Positions 24,304 to 32,594 of a stretch of 57,561 nt of DNA are shown piece after piece. How positions within the stretch are numbered: the stretch's first letter is position 1; the number at the start of each line of letters is the position of its first letter. The stretch lies in IMG/VR virus record IMGVR_UViG_3300037697_000007, positions 1 to 57,561 of that record; one strand, written 5' to 3'. The translations under genes and the position numbers were made by a program. Source of the DNA: a virus. Taxonomy: Duplodnaviria; Caudoviricetes. Under the pieces are notes generated by a model. It made no database searches. It was not told the origin of the DNA and was given only the letters and a program-made list of their open reading frames with translations.

Positions 24304-24798
24304 ATGGGTAAAGAAACGCTGGTCAAAGCAACTTGCACGAGCTCATTGGCATGGGACGATAATCAGGAGAGGGCGGTTGACCGGATGACGGCTATCGGCG
24401 TTGCGGCAAGGCGTAACGAATTGGGTGCGGCGCTGCTGCGGGTGGAGTCTCTGGACGAATCGGCCTTGCGCAAGGTGATCCTGTTGGTCACGCGCCGGCT
24501 GAACCATAGACACAGAATCGCCCGTGGATTTGCCGAGAAGATGGCCGGCGCGATCCTGCAAGAGTTCCTGAACCCGCATTGCCCGGCGTGTGGCGGCAAG
24601 CGCGAGATTCACCTGGACGGCCATCCGGTGATCGCATGCCATGCCTGTTCCGGCTCAGGAACCCGGCGTTACACGGATACCGCACGATGCTCGATGGTCG
24701 GCGGCGGGTACAACAAGGCGGCTTACGAGCATGGGCTAGGTTATGTGCGCGAGGCAATGGCCGGGATGGTGTCGGCTGCGAATCAGTTATTGGAGTAA
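24304..24798 (+). CDS. Q: Late antiterminator Q-like protein
   Basis: CPACGG...CHACSGSG zinc finger; upstream of a late promoter, terminators and lysis genes. Confidence 0.7.
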   Translation: MGKETLVKATCTSSLAWDDNQERAVDRMTAIGVAARRNELGAALLRVESLDESALRKVILLVTRRLNHRHRIARGFAEKMAGAILQEFLNPHCPACGGKREIHLDGHPVIACHACSGSGTRRYTDTARCSMVGGGYNKAAYEHGLGYVREAMAGMVSAANQLLE

Positions 24799-24800
24799 AC

Positions 24801-24989
24801 ATGAAACTAACCAGGAAAATAAAAAATCGCGCACTTCCCAGCACTGATAGGATCGGCTTTGCAAAAGTATCTCGATACTTTTTGCCATTCGGTTACTACA
24901 AAAATAGGCCGAATATTCGCAATCCGTACCATGCTGTAGAGATTGGGCGCATCGAAGGATTCAGGTTTATTGTGTCGCCCAGCGTGTAG
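24801..24989 (+). CDS. AT-rich basic hypothetical protein (moron-like)
   Basis: GGAG RBS; MKLTRKIKNR... Confidence 0.55.
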   Translation: MKLTRKIKNRALPSTDRIGFAKVSRYFLPFGYYKNRPNIRNPYHAVEIGRIEGFRFIVSPSV

Positions 24990-25035
24990 TTCAGGCGCAG
25001 GCGGCGAATCAGTTGCTTGATTGAAGGAGAAAAGC

Positions 25036-25326
25036 ATGACATTCAATGAATGGTGGCAGGAAAACGGGCATCAGTATTCGAGCGATGCACTGCATATGAG
25101 CGAGAAACACATGGCATCTGTCGTATGGGACGCGGCCACAGCGGCGGTGCTAAGTTCCGCAGAGGGTGACGCAAAGCGGTTTCTGTGGCTTTTGCAAGGT
25201 AACGGGTTTTTCATGGAGGAAAACTGCCTCTGTGGCCCCGGAACAGACCATGACGATTCGGGAGAGCAGGATAGGGCGCGGAAGGCTATCGATAAGGCTA
25301 TGCGCTCTAACGAAATAAAAGCGTAG
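25036..25326 (+). CDS. Hypothetical protein
   Basis: AAGGAG RBS; MTFNEWW...DAKRFLWL...ARKAIDKAM. Confidence 0.7.
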   Translation: MTFNEWWQENGHQYSSDALHMSEKHMASVVWDAATAAVLSSAEGDAKRFLWLLQGNGFFMEENCLCGPGTDHDDSGEQDRARKAIDKAMRSNEIKA

Positions 25327-25334
25327 GGGGAAAG

Positions 25335-25724
25335 ATGAAGCAAAAACCGAATGAAGAAAAGTTGATTAATGCGCAGCAAAGTGTAATCGATGCTGCACGC
25401 ATGCAGCCAATCAATAGCCAGATCGCAGATGCCATAGCGCGCGGCGATGATACGACAGGGCTTTGTACTGTTCGTCAGCTTGTAGCAGAAATGCTAAATG
25501 CACCGAGAATTGGCGGTGAATGTGTGTGCGAACTGGCGTTTACCGATGAGCTCGGCAGGATGATAAACATCGAATGCGCCGTGACCTTTGTTGACGGGGT
25601 GCCGCACGCTAGGCAATGGGTGCCGAACCCGTTGGCCGAAATCGCCAAGATACGGAATCGCGAAGCGGATTTCGCGATTAATCAGACGCTGTGGCAGAAG
25701 ATGAAGCGCATGCTGCGCCTATAA
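25335..25724 (+). CDS. Hypothetical protein
   Basis: 129-aa ORF. Confidence 0.6.
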   Translation: MKQKPNEEKLINAQQSVIDAARMQPINSQIADAIARGDDTTGLCTVRQLVAEMLNAPRIGGECVCELAFTDELGRMINIECAVTFVDGVPHARQWVPNPLAEIAKIRNREADFAINQTLWQKMKRMLRL

Positions 25725-25762
25725 AAAATAGCTTGACAGATGAGTTAGTACCGGAGGCTAAG

Positions 25763-26050
25763 ATGAATAGCGAACTAGAGTTAATTGCGGCAAAGGTAAT
25801 AGCAAAATATATTGAGTCATGTGTCGAGCGCGGCAACTCGATGTCAATGCAGGAGTTTTTAATGGCAGCAGACGGCGCAGAGGCAATGGTTTTGGAGCTA
25901 ATGACTGTTGCTGCGGCGGAAGAACGCAAGGCGATTAAGAAGATCACGGAAGATGAAATGAATCGCCGGTTCGATGATGAGGCTATTTGGGCGTGCAGCA
26001 ATATCATGAAATCCATAGACCGTCGCGCCTCTGAACCGCAAGAAAAATAG
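25763..26050 (+). CDS. Hypothetical protein flanked by 14-bp direct repeats
   Basis: GGAGG RBS; AAAAATAGCTTGAC at 25724 and 26043. Confidence 0.6.
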   Translation: MNSELELIAAKVIAKYIESCVERGNSMSMQEFLMAADGAEAMVLELMTVAAAEERKAIKKITEDEMNRRFDDEAIWACSNIMKSIDRRASEPQEK

Positions 26051-26051
26051 C

Positions 26052-26079
26052 TTGACTTCAAGCCGTTACACGATAAAAT
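26052..26079 (+). promoter_or_regulatory. Late promoter (pR'-like) TTGACT-16-TAAAAT
   Basis: Followed by two terminators and then the lysis genes. Confidence 0.65.
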
Positions 26080-26133
26080 CGCCAGCAACGAGCTAACCAA
26101 GTCCGTTGAAATCAATGGACGCATAACGACAAG

Positions 26134-26214
26134 GCCGATCCGCATGACAAGGGGATCGGCTTCTTCTTTTTTAGCTGTACGATTTAACCAGCCCCGCCAA
26201 GTGCGGGGTTTTTT
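26134..26214 (+). terminator. Two tandem intrinsic terminators (tR'-like)
   Basis: GCCGATCC/GGATCGGC with T-rich tail; CCCCGC CAAGT GCGGGG with T6. Confidence 0.75.
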
Positions 26215-26227
26215 ATTGGGCCTAACA

Positions 26228-26728
26228 ATGACCGATCAACCGTGGATAGCAGAGGCGCGCAAGCATATCGGCACGCGCGAAATCCCGGGCGCGCGGCATG
26301 AGCCGAAGATTTTGCAATGGTGGAAGGCGATCAAGCGCGGCGGGATCAAGAGCGACGAAACTGCCTGGTGTGCCGCGTTCTGTGGCGGATGCTTGGAAGC
26401 GGCCGGCATCGTCAGCTCTCGATTCGAGTCGGCCAAGTCTTATCTCGATTGGGGTGTTCCGCTAGCGTCTCCGGTTACTGGCTGCGTAGTGGTGTTCTCG
26501 CGCGACGGTGGCGGACATGTCGGTTTCGTGGTGGGCGCTGATGCCAATGGCCGGCTGATGGTGCTGGGCGGTAATCAGGGTAATGCGGTGAGTATCGCGC
26601 CATTCGACCGGGCGCGCGTGGCTGGGTATCGCTGGCCTAAGAATGTGGCGCTACCGGATTGGTTCCCAAATCAAGGCGGGATGCCAATTCTGGCGAGTAA
26701 TGCTGCCAGCTCAACCAACGAGGCATAG
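26228..26728 (+). CDS. Endolysin, TIGR02594 family (CHAP/NlpC-like)
   Basis: PWIAEA, DETAWCAAF, GGGHVGF, LGGNQ. Confidence 0.88.
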   Translation: MTDQPWIAEARKHIGTREIPGARHEPKILQWWKAIKRGGIKSDETAWCAAFCGGCLEAAGIVSSRFESAKSYLDWGVPLASPVTGCVVVFSRDGGGHVGFVVGADANGRLMVLGGNQGNAVSIAPFDRARVAGYRWPKNVALPDWFPNQGGMPILASNAASSTNEA

Positions 26729-26731
26729 ACA

Positions 26732-26926
26732 ATGATTGCTCAATTCGCTAAATCCAAGACCATGATCTTTGCCGTGCTGCTGGCGGTGCTGGGCGTATTG
26801 CAAGCCAGCATGGACGTATTCACGGCCTACCTGACACCGCAAGGAGTCGGCATTGCCACGATGATCGTCAGCATGGTGGTTGCCGTGCTGCGCATTCTTA
26901 CCACAACCAGCTTGGGTGAGAAATGA
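26732..26926 (+). CDS. Holin-like protein (2 TM)
   Basis: KSKT..., two hydrophobic helices, next to the endolysin. Confidence 0.7.
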   Translation: MIAQFAKSKTMIFAVLLAVLGVLQASMDVFTAYLTPQGVGIATMIVSMVVAVLRILTTTSLGEK

Positions 26927-27216
26927 ATCCGTGGCTGATGCTTGGTGCAGTTCTGGCGTTGGTCGCTGCGGTAGCATTCGGACATCATCGCGGGTATCAG
27001 GATCGGGTGGGCGAAGAGGCTATCGCACAACAGGCATCGGAGCAGGCGCGCAAGGAAGCCCTCCAAGCCGCAGCCGCCGAGATTGCCAAGATCGACGTAA
27101 AGAACGTGACCATCCAAGGCAAGGTAATCGAGCGTATCCGCACAGAACAGGTCTACTCGGACTGCAAGCATAGCCCCGAATCGTGGAAACTCATTCAGGA
27201 GGCCTATCAGCCATGA
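26923..27216 (+). CDS. Inner-membrane spanin (Rz-like)
   Basis: N-terminal TM, coiled periplasmic part, C-terminal Cys. Confidence 0.75.
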   Translation: MNPWLMLGAVLALVAAVAFGHHRGYQDRVGEEAIAQQASEQARKEALQAAAAEIAKIDVKNVTIQGKVIERIRTEQVYSDCKHSPESWKLIQEAYQP

Positions 27217-27425
27217 AGACAACACTCATCGCGCTGTGCTGCGCGCTCGCAGCTTGCTGCCCGAACCCGCCAAAGGTCGAAGTTAGCCCGCTGGCGATAG
27301 CCAACTGCCCGGAGGTATCGGCCCCTGCCGATGATAGCTTCGGAGCAACAACGTACACGCTCATCCAACAAGCCGGCCAATACCGTAAATGCAGGGAAGC
27401 ATCACTAGGATCAGGGAAGAAATAA
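27213..27425 (+). CDS. Outer-membrane spanin lipoprotein (Rz1-like)
   Basis: MKTTLIALCCALAAC lipobox; Pro-rich with Cys pair. Confidence 0.8.
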   Translation: MKTTLIALCCALAACCPNPPKVEVSPLAIANCPEVSAPADDSFGATTYTLIQQAGQYRKCREASLGSGKK

Positions 27426-27812
27426 ATGAACGGCGAACAAAAAGAACAAAGCCATCACGGCGAAATCCTGTACTCGAGGGTTTCCGAAAGGGTGACCGCT
27501 TTGGAAGACGTAGTTTCGGAAGTAAGAGAGGCCATCAAGTCTATTGATTCCAGCTTGAGAACACTGGCCGCGCTCGAAGTTAAGCACGAAGAGACGCGCA
27601 ACGGCCTGAACCGTGCGTTTCAGGAAATCCAACATCATGAGGTGCGTATCCGCACGCTGGAGCTGGATGCGCCGAAAAAGGGCGATGAACGGATTTCCGA
27701 GATTGAACGCGAAATGCCTACCATGAAAATGGTGCGTGGATGGGTGATTGCCGGCGTGACCGGGATCATGGGGATTTTGGGTGTAGCGGTGCTGCACCTA
27801 GTGATGAAGTGA
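27426..27812 (+). CDS. Coiled-coil protein with C-terminal TM segment
   Basis: Heptad pattern then WVIAGVTGIMGILGVAVL. Confidence 0.7.
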   Translation: MNGEQKEQSHHGEILYSRVSERVTALEDVVSEVREAIKSIDSSLRTLAALEVKHEETRNGLNRAFQEIQHHEVRIRTLELDAPKKGDERISEIEREMPTMKMVRGWVIAGVTGIMGILGVAVLHLVMK

Positions 27813-28216
27813 GCCGAAACGACATAACAGGCGACAACCTCGCCAGCAAAGCAACCTCTGACGCATATCGCGACGGGTGGAATAGAATTTTTGGAAAAGG
27901 AAACGAAATGGCATCCTGTGTAGAGATTGAGAAGAACGAAGATAACACTTTCACCGTGACCGATTGTAGCTACGAAGAGGGTGCAGAAGGTAAGCCCGGC
28001 ATGCACCAGATGCCGGGCGGACAGATGATGCGCGATGATGCGATGCAGGGCGGTATGGAAGGCATGCAGGGCGAGATGGAGGCCGAAGGCCAGCAAGTCG
28101 CAACCCTGAAAGATGCCCTGATGGCTGCTGCTGACATCCTGACCAGCGGCGGTTCGACCGATATGGCAACCAAGCAAGCCGCATTCTCCAGCGCCGACGA
28201 AAGGCTGACACGATAA
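27809..28216 (+). CDS. Hypothetical protein (second start at 27908); acidic, Met/Gly-rich
   Basis: GTGA overlap; AAAGGA RBS before MASCVEIE. Confidence 0.6.
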   Translation: MSRNDITGDNLASKATSDAYRDGWNRIFGKGNEMASCVEIEKNEDNTFTVTDCSYEEGAEGKPGMHQMPGGQMMRDDAMQGGMEGMQGEMEAEGQQVATLKDALMAAADILTSGGSTDMATKQAAFSSADERLTR

Positions 28217-28401
28217 TGGCTACCGTAACCATCACCCTGACCGATACCGACGACGGCGTAGAGCAAACTGTTAATTTCGGCGAAGAGTTCGATCCCAACA
28301 GCCCGTCCCATCATTTGGCTACCCTGATGCTCAATCACCTGGATGATGAGATCAAGGCGAACAACGAATACCATGGCAGCAAAGAGCAAAGTAAAGCCTA
28401 A
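28216..28401 (+). CDS. Small hypothetical protein
   Basis: MATVTITLTD... Confidence 0.6.
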   Translation: MATVTITLTDTDDGVEQTVNFGEEFDPNSPSHHLATLMLNHLDDEIKANNEYHGSKEQSKA

Positions 28402-28942
28402 GGCGGGTACATCCAAGGAAGCGGCTGCTGTTCGCAAGGGCGTATTCGTTGAGGCATATATCGCCAATGGTGGCAATGCCACGGAAGCCGCTAAGACTGC
28501 TGGATACAGCGCAAAGACTGCGCGCTCGCAAGGCCAACGGCTGTTGACAGATGTTGACATTAAGAGTCGGGTATCAAAAAGAGCCGAAGAGACCGCTAAA
28601 AAGTACGAGCTGACTACAGAACTGGTGGTGAAAACCATTGTGCAGGAGTTGACGTTTGACCCTGCCAGGCTGTATCAGGCCGGCGGTCAGCTCAAGGACA
28701 TTACCGAGCTAGATGAGGATACGCGCATGGCGCTGGCCTCTGTAGAGTTCGAGCAGTTGGGCAGCCCGGATGCTCCAGTATTTGTGCGTAAGTACAAGTG
28801 GGCGCAGCGCAATGCAGCCCGCGAGCAGGCTATGAAACATCTGGGAATGTTTAAGAAGGATAACGAGCAACTTCCGTCGCCGACCATCATCTTGATGGAC
28901 CAGATAACCGCCAGCCCGAACAGCCGCATCAAGGTGAAGTGA
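28373..28942 (+). CDS. terS: Terminase small subunit
   Basis: FVEAYIANGGNATEAAKTAGYSAKTA.SQG.RLL, KHLGMF. Confidence 0.92.
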   Translation: MAAKSKVKPKAGTSKEAAAVRKGVFVEAYIANGGNATEAAKTAGYSAKTARSQGQRLLTDVDIKSRVSKRAEETAKKYELTTELVVKTIVQELTFDPARLYQAGGQLKDITELDEDTRMALASVEFEQLGSPDAPVFVRKYKWAQRNAAREQAMKHLGMFKKDNEQLPSPTIILMDQITASPNSRIKVK

Positions 28943-30435
28943 GCGACATAGAGGTAATCGACTGCCTCGGTGATTGGCGCTGGAGGCTGGCGAATCTGTA
29001 CTGGATCGTTGACGAGCAGGGAAAGAAGGTCAAATTCCAGCCGAACACTGAGCAACTGGATTTGCTCAGTGAGATGCACTTTTACAACCTGGTGCTGAAG
29101 GCTCGACAGCTTGGCTTTACGACGTTGATCGACATTCTGGCGCTGGATCAGACGTTCTTCACCAAGGATTACACGGCGGCGATCATTGCCCAAGGGCTGA
29201 CCGAGGCCGGAAAGATATTCCGCAACAAGGTGCAATACCCGTGGAAGAATCTGCCTGATGCGGTGAAGGCGTTGAATCCGCCGACGAACGTATCAGCTTC
29301 GGAGATGGTGTTCAGCAACGGCTCAAGCATATCGGTGGCGACATCGGCGCGTTCTGGGACGTTGCAGTTCCTGCATATCTCGGAGTACGGCAAGATTTGC
29401 AGGCGCTACCCAGACAAGGCGAGTGAGATCAAGCTTGGCGCGCTGCCAGCAGTTCACTCTGGTGGTCTGGTGTTCGTGGAGTCAACGGCGGAAGGAATCG
29501 GCGGTCATTTCTACGAGATGGTGGACGAGGCGCAAAAGCGCATCGCAGAGCCTAACGACATGGAATTTAAGCTGCACTTCTACCCATGGTGGAAGAAGGA
29601 TAGCTACCGTCTTAACCCTGACGGGGTGAAGATTGAGAACGAGTTGATCGACTATTTCAATGAGTTGGAAAAAACTCATGGGATATTCGTAGATGACGCT
29701 CAAGTCGCATGGTATGCAGTCAAACGAAGGATGTTCAAGGACGACATGAAGCAGGAATACCCATCAACCCCAGAGGAGGCATTCAGCGGAGCGATGGAAG
29801 AACGGTATTTCGGCGAGCAGATGGCGGCGGTAAGGAAGCAAGGAAGGATTCGGAACATCCCGATTATCTCAAATGCAGGCGTGAATCTGTATTGGGACTT
29901 GGGGCGCGACACGACGGCGATATGGTTCCATCAGTATGCGGCGCTTGAGCATCGCATGATTGATTACCTGCAAGACGCCGGAAAGACGCTGGATTTCTAC
30001 GCAAGGGAGATCCAGAAGAAGGGCTACCTGCTGAAGAATATCTACCTGCCGCATGATGCAGGAGATCAGAGCGTAGTTACCACCAAGACGGCTGAATCGG
30101 AGATTAAGCGCCTGTTCCCCGGCGTGAAGGTTCGAGTAGTGCCGCGTATTCCGCAGAAGTACATGGCGGTTGATATGGCTCGGTCGCGATTGTCTGAGTG
30201 CTATTTCCACGAAGCGAACTGCGCCAAGGGTATCGAGTGCCTGGACAACTACCGCAAGAAGTGGAACGAGTCGATAGGAAACTGGAGCGATGAGCCTGTG
30301 CATGACCAGCACAGCCACGGCGCAGATGCATACATGCAATTCGCGCAAGGATGGGAGCCGTCACACGATCATGGCGTGGCAAAGCAGCCCATCATTCAGG
30401 AGTGGGAGCCGCTGGACGACGAAGTAGGGTACTGA
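28939..30435 (+). CDS. terL: Terminase large subunit
   Basis: LKARQLGFTT, LHISEYG, VESTAEG, WDLG, HGADA. Confidence 0.95.
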   Translation: MSDIEVIDCLGDWRWRLANLYWIVDEQGKKVKFQPNTEQLDLLSEMHFYNLVLKARQLGFTTLIDILALDQTFFTKDYTAAIIAQGLTEAGKIFRNKVQYPWKNLPDAVKALNPPTNVSASEMVFSNGSSISVATSARSGTLQFLHISEYGKICRRYPDKASEIKLGALPAVHSGGLVFVESTAEGIGGHFYEMVDEAQKRIAEPNDMEFKLHFYPWWKKDSYRLNPDGVKIENELIDYFNELEKTHGIFVDDAQVAWYAVKRRMFKDDMKQEYPSTPEEAFSGAMEERYFGEQMAAVRKQGRIRNIPIISNAGVNLYWDLGRDTTAIWFHQYAALEHRMIDYLQDAGKTLDFYAREIQKKGYLLKNIYLPHDAGDQSVVTTKTAESEIKRLFPGVKVRVVPRIPQKYMAVDMARSRLSECYFHEANCAKGIECLDNYRKKWNESIGNWSDEPVHDQHSHGADAYMQFAQGWEPSHDHGVAKQPIIQEWEPLDDEVGY

Positions 30436-30444
30436 GAATTCAAC

Positions 30445-30468
30445 AAGCCGCCTCCGGGTGGTTTTTTT
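30445..30468 (+). terminator. Intrinsic terminator
   Basis: GCCGCC TCCG GGTGGT followed by a T-run. Confidence 0.7.
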
Positions 30469-30483
30469 ATTGAGGGAAGCGAA

Positions 30484-31074
30484 ATGCTGAAATACACCAT
30501 CGAAGCAACATCATCGGCAGCAGACACGAACAATCTTGCGTCGGGCGTTACTGCTGCATCAGGAGTGGCATTTACGCTGATTACCAACGAAACGCCGGAT
30601 GCGCTGGCTCACTTGCTTACCATCACGCCAAGCGGCTCCGTTACCGGCAACTACACCATCGCCGGAAAAGACGCAGATGGCGAGGCGGTCAGCGAAACGC
30701 TGGCAACCGATACCACCAATGCGGTCACTTCGGTTAATCACTACGCGACCGACATCGTGGTGACTGCACCGGCTGGGCTTGGTGCCGAAACGGTGGACAT
30801 TGGCTGGACCGCTGAGAGCGTATCTCCGCGTAAGAATACCAAACTATCCGGTATTTCTACATTTGCCATCGGTTTCGGATGTTCGGTAGAGTCTGGAACG
30901 CCTACCTACACCGTGCAGCAGACCTATGACGGAGTTACCTGGTACGCTCATGCAAGCGTTTCGGCTGAAACAACGTCACAGGAAGGCAATTACACCAGTC
31001 CAATCTCGGCATTCCGACTGAAGATTACCGCCGCCGGCGGTGTTAAGTTGATCGGCTATCAGGTAGAGGGCTGA
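30484..31074 (+). CDS. Putative virion protein (Thr/Ala/Ser-rich, beta)
   Basis: Composition and late-region position. Confidence 0.65.
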   Translation: MLKYTIEATSSAADTNNLASGVTAASGVAFTLITNETPDALAHLLTITPSGSVTGNYTIAGKDADGEAVSETLATDTTNAVTSVNHYATDIVVTAPAGLGAETVDIGWTAESVSPRKNTKLSGISTFAIGFGCSVESGTPTYTVQQTYDGVTWYAHASVSAETTSQEGNYTSPISAFRLKITAAGGVKLIGYQVEG

Positions 31075-31076
31075 TA

Positions 31077-32594
31077 ATGTTGGATTCTCGCATGCTGATT
31101 TTTGATACAGTCAGCAGGCTGTGGAAGAAAGTCAGCCCTAGCGATCCGCTTCCTATGGCTTTGAATGACGGGTCACAGCTTGACGCATTCCAGAGGTTGC
31201 GCACGTCAGCGCCATTCGGCATATTCGATAACAAGCAAATTCACACCCGCAATACGGGCGACTGGGAAGAGCGCCTGTGGGGGTGCATCATCGTGCATGG
31301 CACGGTGACAGGCGCAGGATTCTCCAACGGCGAAACAATTACAGGTGCTACGTCAGGAGAGACAGGAACAGTCACAGCGGTCGGTTCCGGGAACATCACC
31401 TATTCAACGACGCATGGAAATGATTTTACCGACGGCGAGACGATCACTGGCGGAACGTCCGGGTCAACCGCGACGGTCACGACGCACAACACTGGGTCCG
31501 ACATTGCCTACCAGTACGACCGTTCCAGCACCTACTTGACAGTCGGAACGGTAAGTGGTGATCGAGTTGTACGGCAGACTATTCGCTATTTACCGTATGT
31601 ACCGGGGAAGAGCCAGAGCATATCGGCAACCGGAGTGATGGGTTCTGGCAAGTCGAATGTGACGCAAATCGTAATGTACGGCGATGATCTTAACGGTTTT
31701 GGATACGCACTTGTTGGGACAGAACTCAATATATTGCTGCGCACATCCGCCGGCGGATCAGCTGTGGACACGCTAATCCCGCAAACCGAATGGAATGTAG
31801 ATGGGTTAAATCCAGAAATAAACCCATTGAATCCTAGTGGCGTGACGCTGGACATAACCAAGGCGCATATATGGTCCATGGATTTTCAATGGCTGGGAGT
31901 CGGCCGTCAGCGCATCTCGCTTAACATCGATGGTAAATCTGTATTGGTTCATAAGGTGAACAACGCCAATTCTTCGAGCGTCGTTTACATGAAAACGCCG
32001 ACGTTACCGATTAGGTATGAGATAAAGAACACTGGGACTAGCGCCAGCTCCACCACGTTAGAGCAGATTTGCTCGTCAGTAGCTAGCGAAGGAGGTTACG
32101 CACTACCAGGGCAAGAGTTTTCGGTCGGTAACGGCATAACCCGAATAGCTGTAACAACGCGCCGGCCAATTTTGGCAGTGCGGCTAAAAAGCGCATTCCC
32201 TACAGGAAAGCCGAACCGCCGCACATTGAGATTCTTGGATTGGTCGGTGAGTGCGAAGACGAACGACGGCTATTTCGAGCTGATGCACATTCATGATCCG
32301 TCTGGGATAACGGCCACATGGTCGGACGTCAGCAGCGGAAGCGGTGTCGAGTATTCGACAGACATCTCTGCGGTATCAGGAATGATGCAGCACCGCGTAC
32401 AGATCGCAAACGTTGCAGCAGGACAAGGAAACTCCAGCTCGTCCGCCACGAACAATTCAGAATTCGTCAGCAATCATTCGTTCCTGAGCCAGAATTTTGA
32501 ATCAGACAACTCGCAGATGTTTGTGGTGTTCTGCACGGCAGAAGCATCGACGTGTAATGCGCTATCTCATATCAGTTTCATTGAAAGCGAATAA
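31077..32594 (+). CDS. Putative virion structural protein (DAF.RLR family)
   Basis: DAFQRLRTS, RQT.RY.PY.PGKS, DFQWLGVGR, LPIRYEI; two GETITG.TSG modules. Confidence 0.7.
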   Translation: MLDSRMLIFDTVSRLWKKVSPSDPLPMALNDGSQLDAFQRLRTSAPFGIFDNKQIHTRNTGDWEERLWGCIIVHGTVTGAGFSNGETITGATSGETGTVTAVGSGNITYSTTHGNDFTDGETITGGTSGSTATVTTHNTGSDIAYQYDRSSTYLTVGTVSGDRVVRQTIRYLPYVPGKSQSISATGVMGSGKSNVTQIVMYGDDLNGFGYALVGTELNILLRTSAGGSAVDTLIPQTEWNVDGLNPEINPLNPSGVTLDITKAHIWSMDFQWLGVGRQRISLNIDGKSVLVHKVNNANSSSVVYMKTPTLPIRYEIKNTGTSASSTTLEQICSSVASEGGYALPGQEFSVGNGITRIAVTTRRPILAVRLKSAFPTGKPNRRTLRFLDWSVSAKTNDGYFELMHIHDPSGITATWSDVSSGSGVEYSTDISAVSGMMQHRVQIANVAAGQGNSSSSATNNSEFVSNHSFLSQNFESDNSQMFVVFCTAEASTCNALSHISFIESE

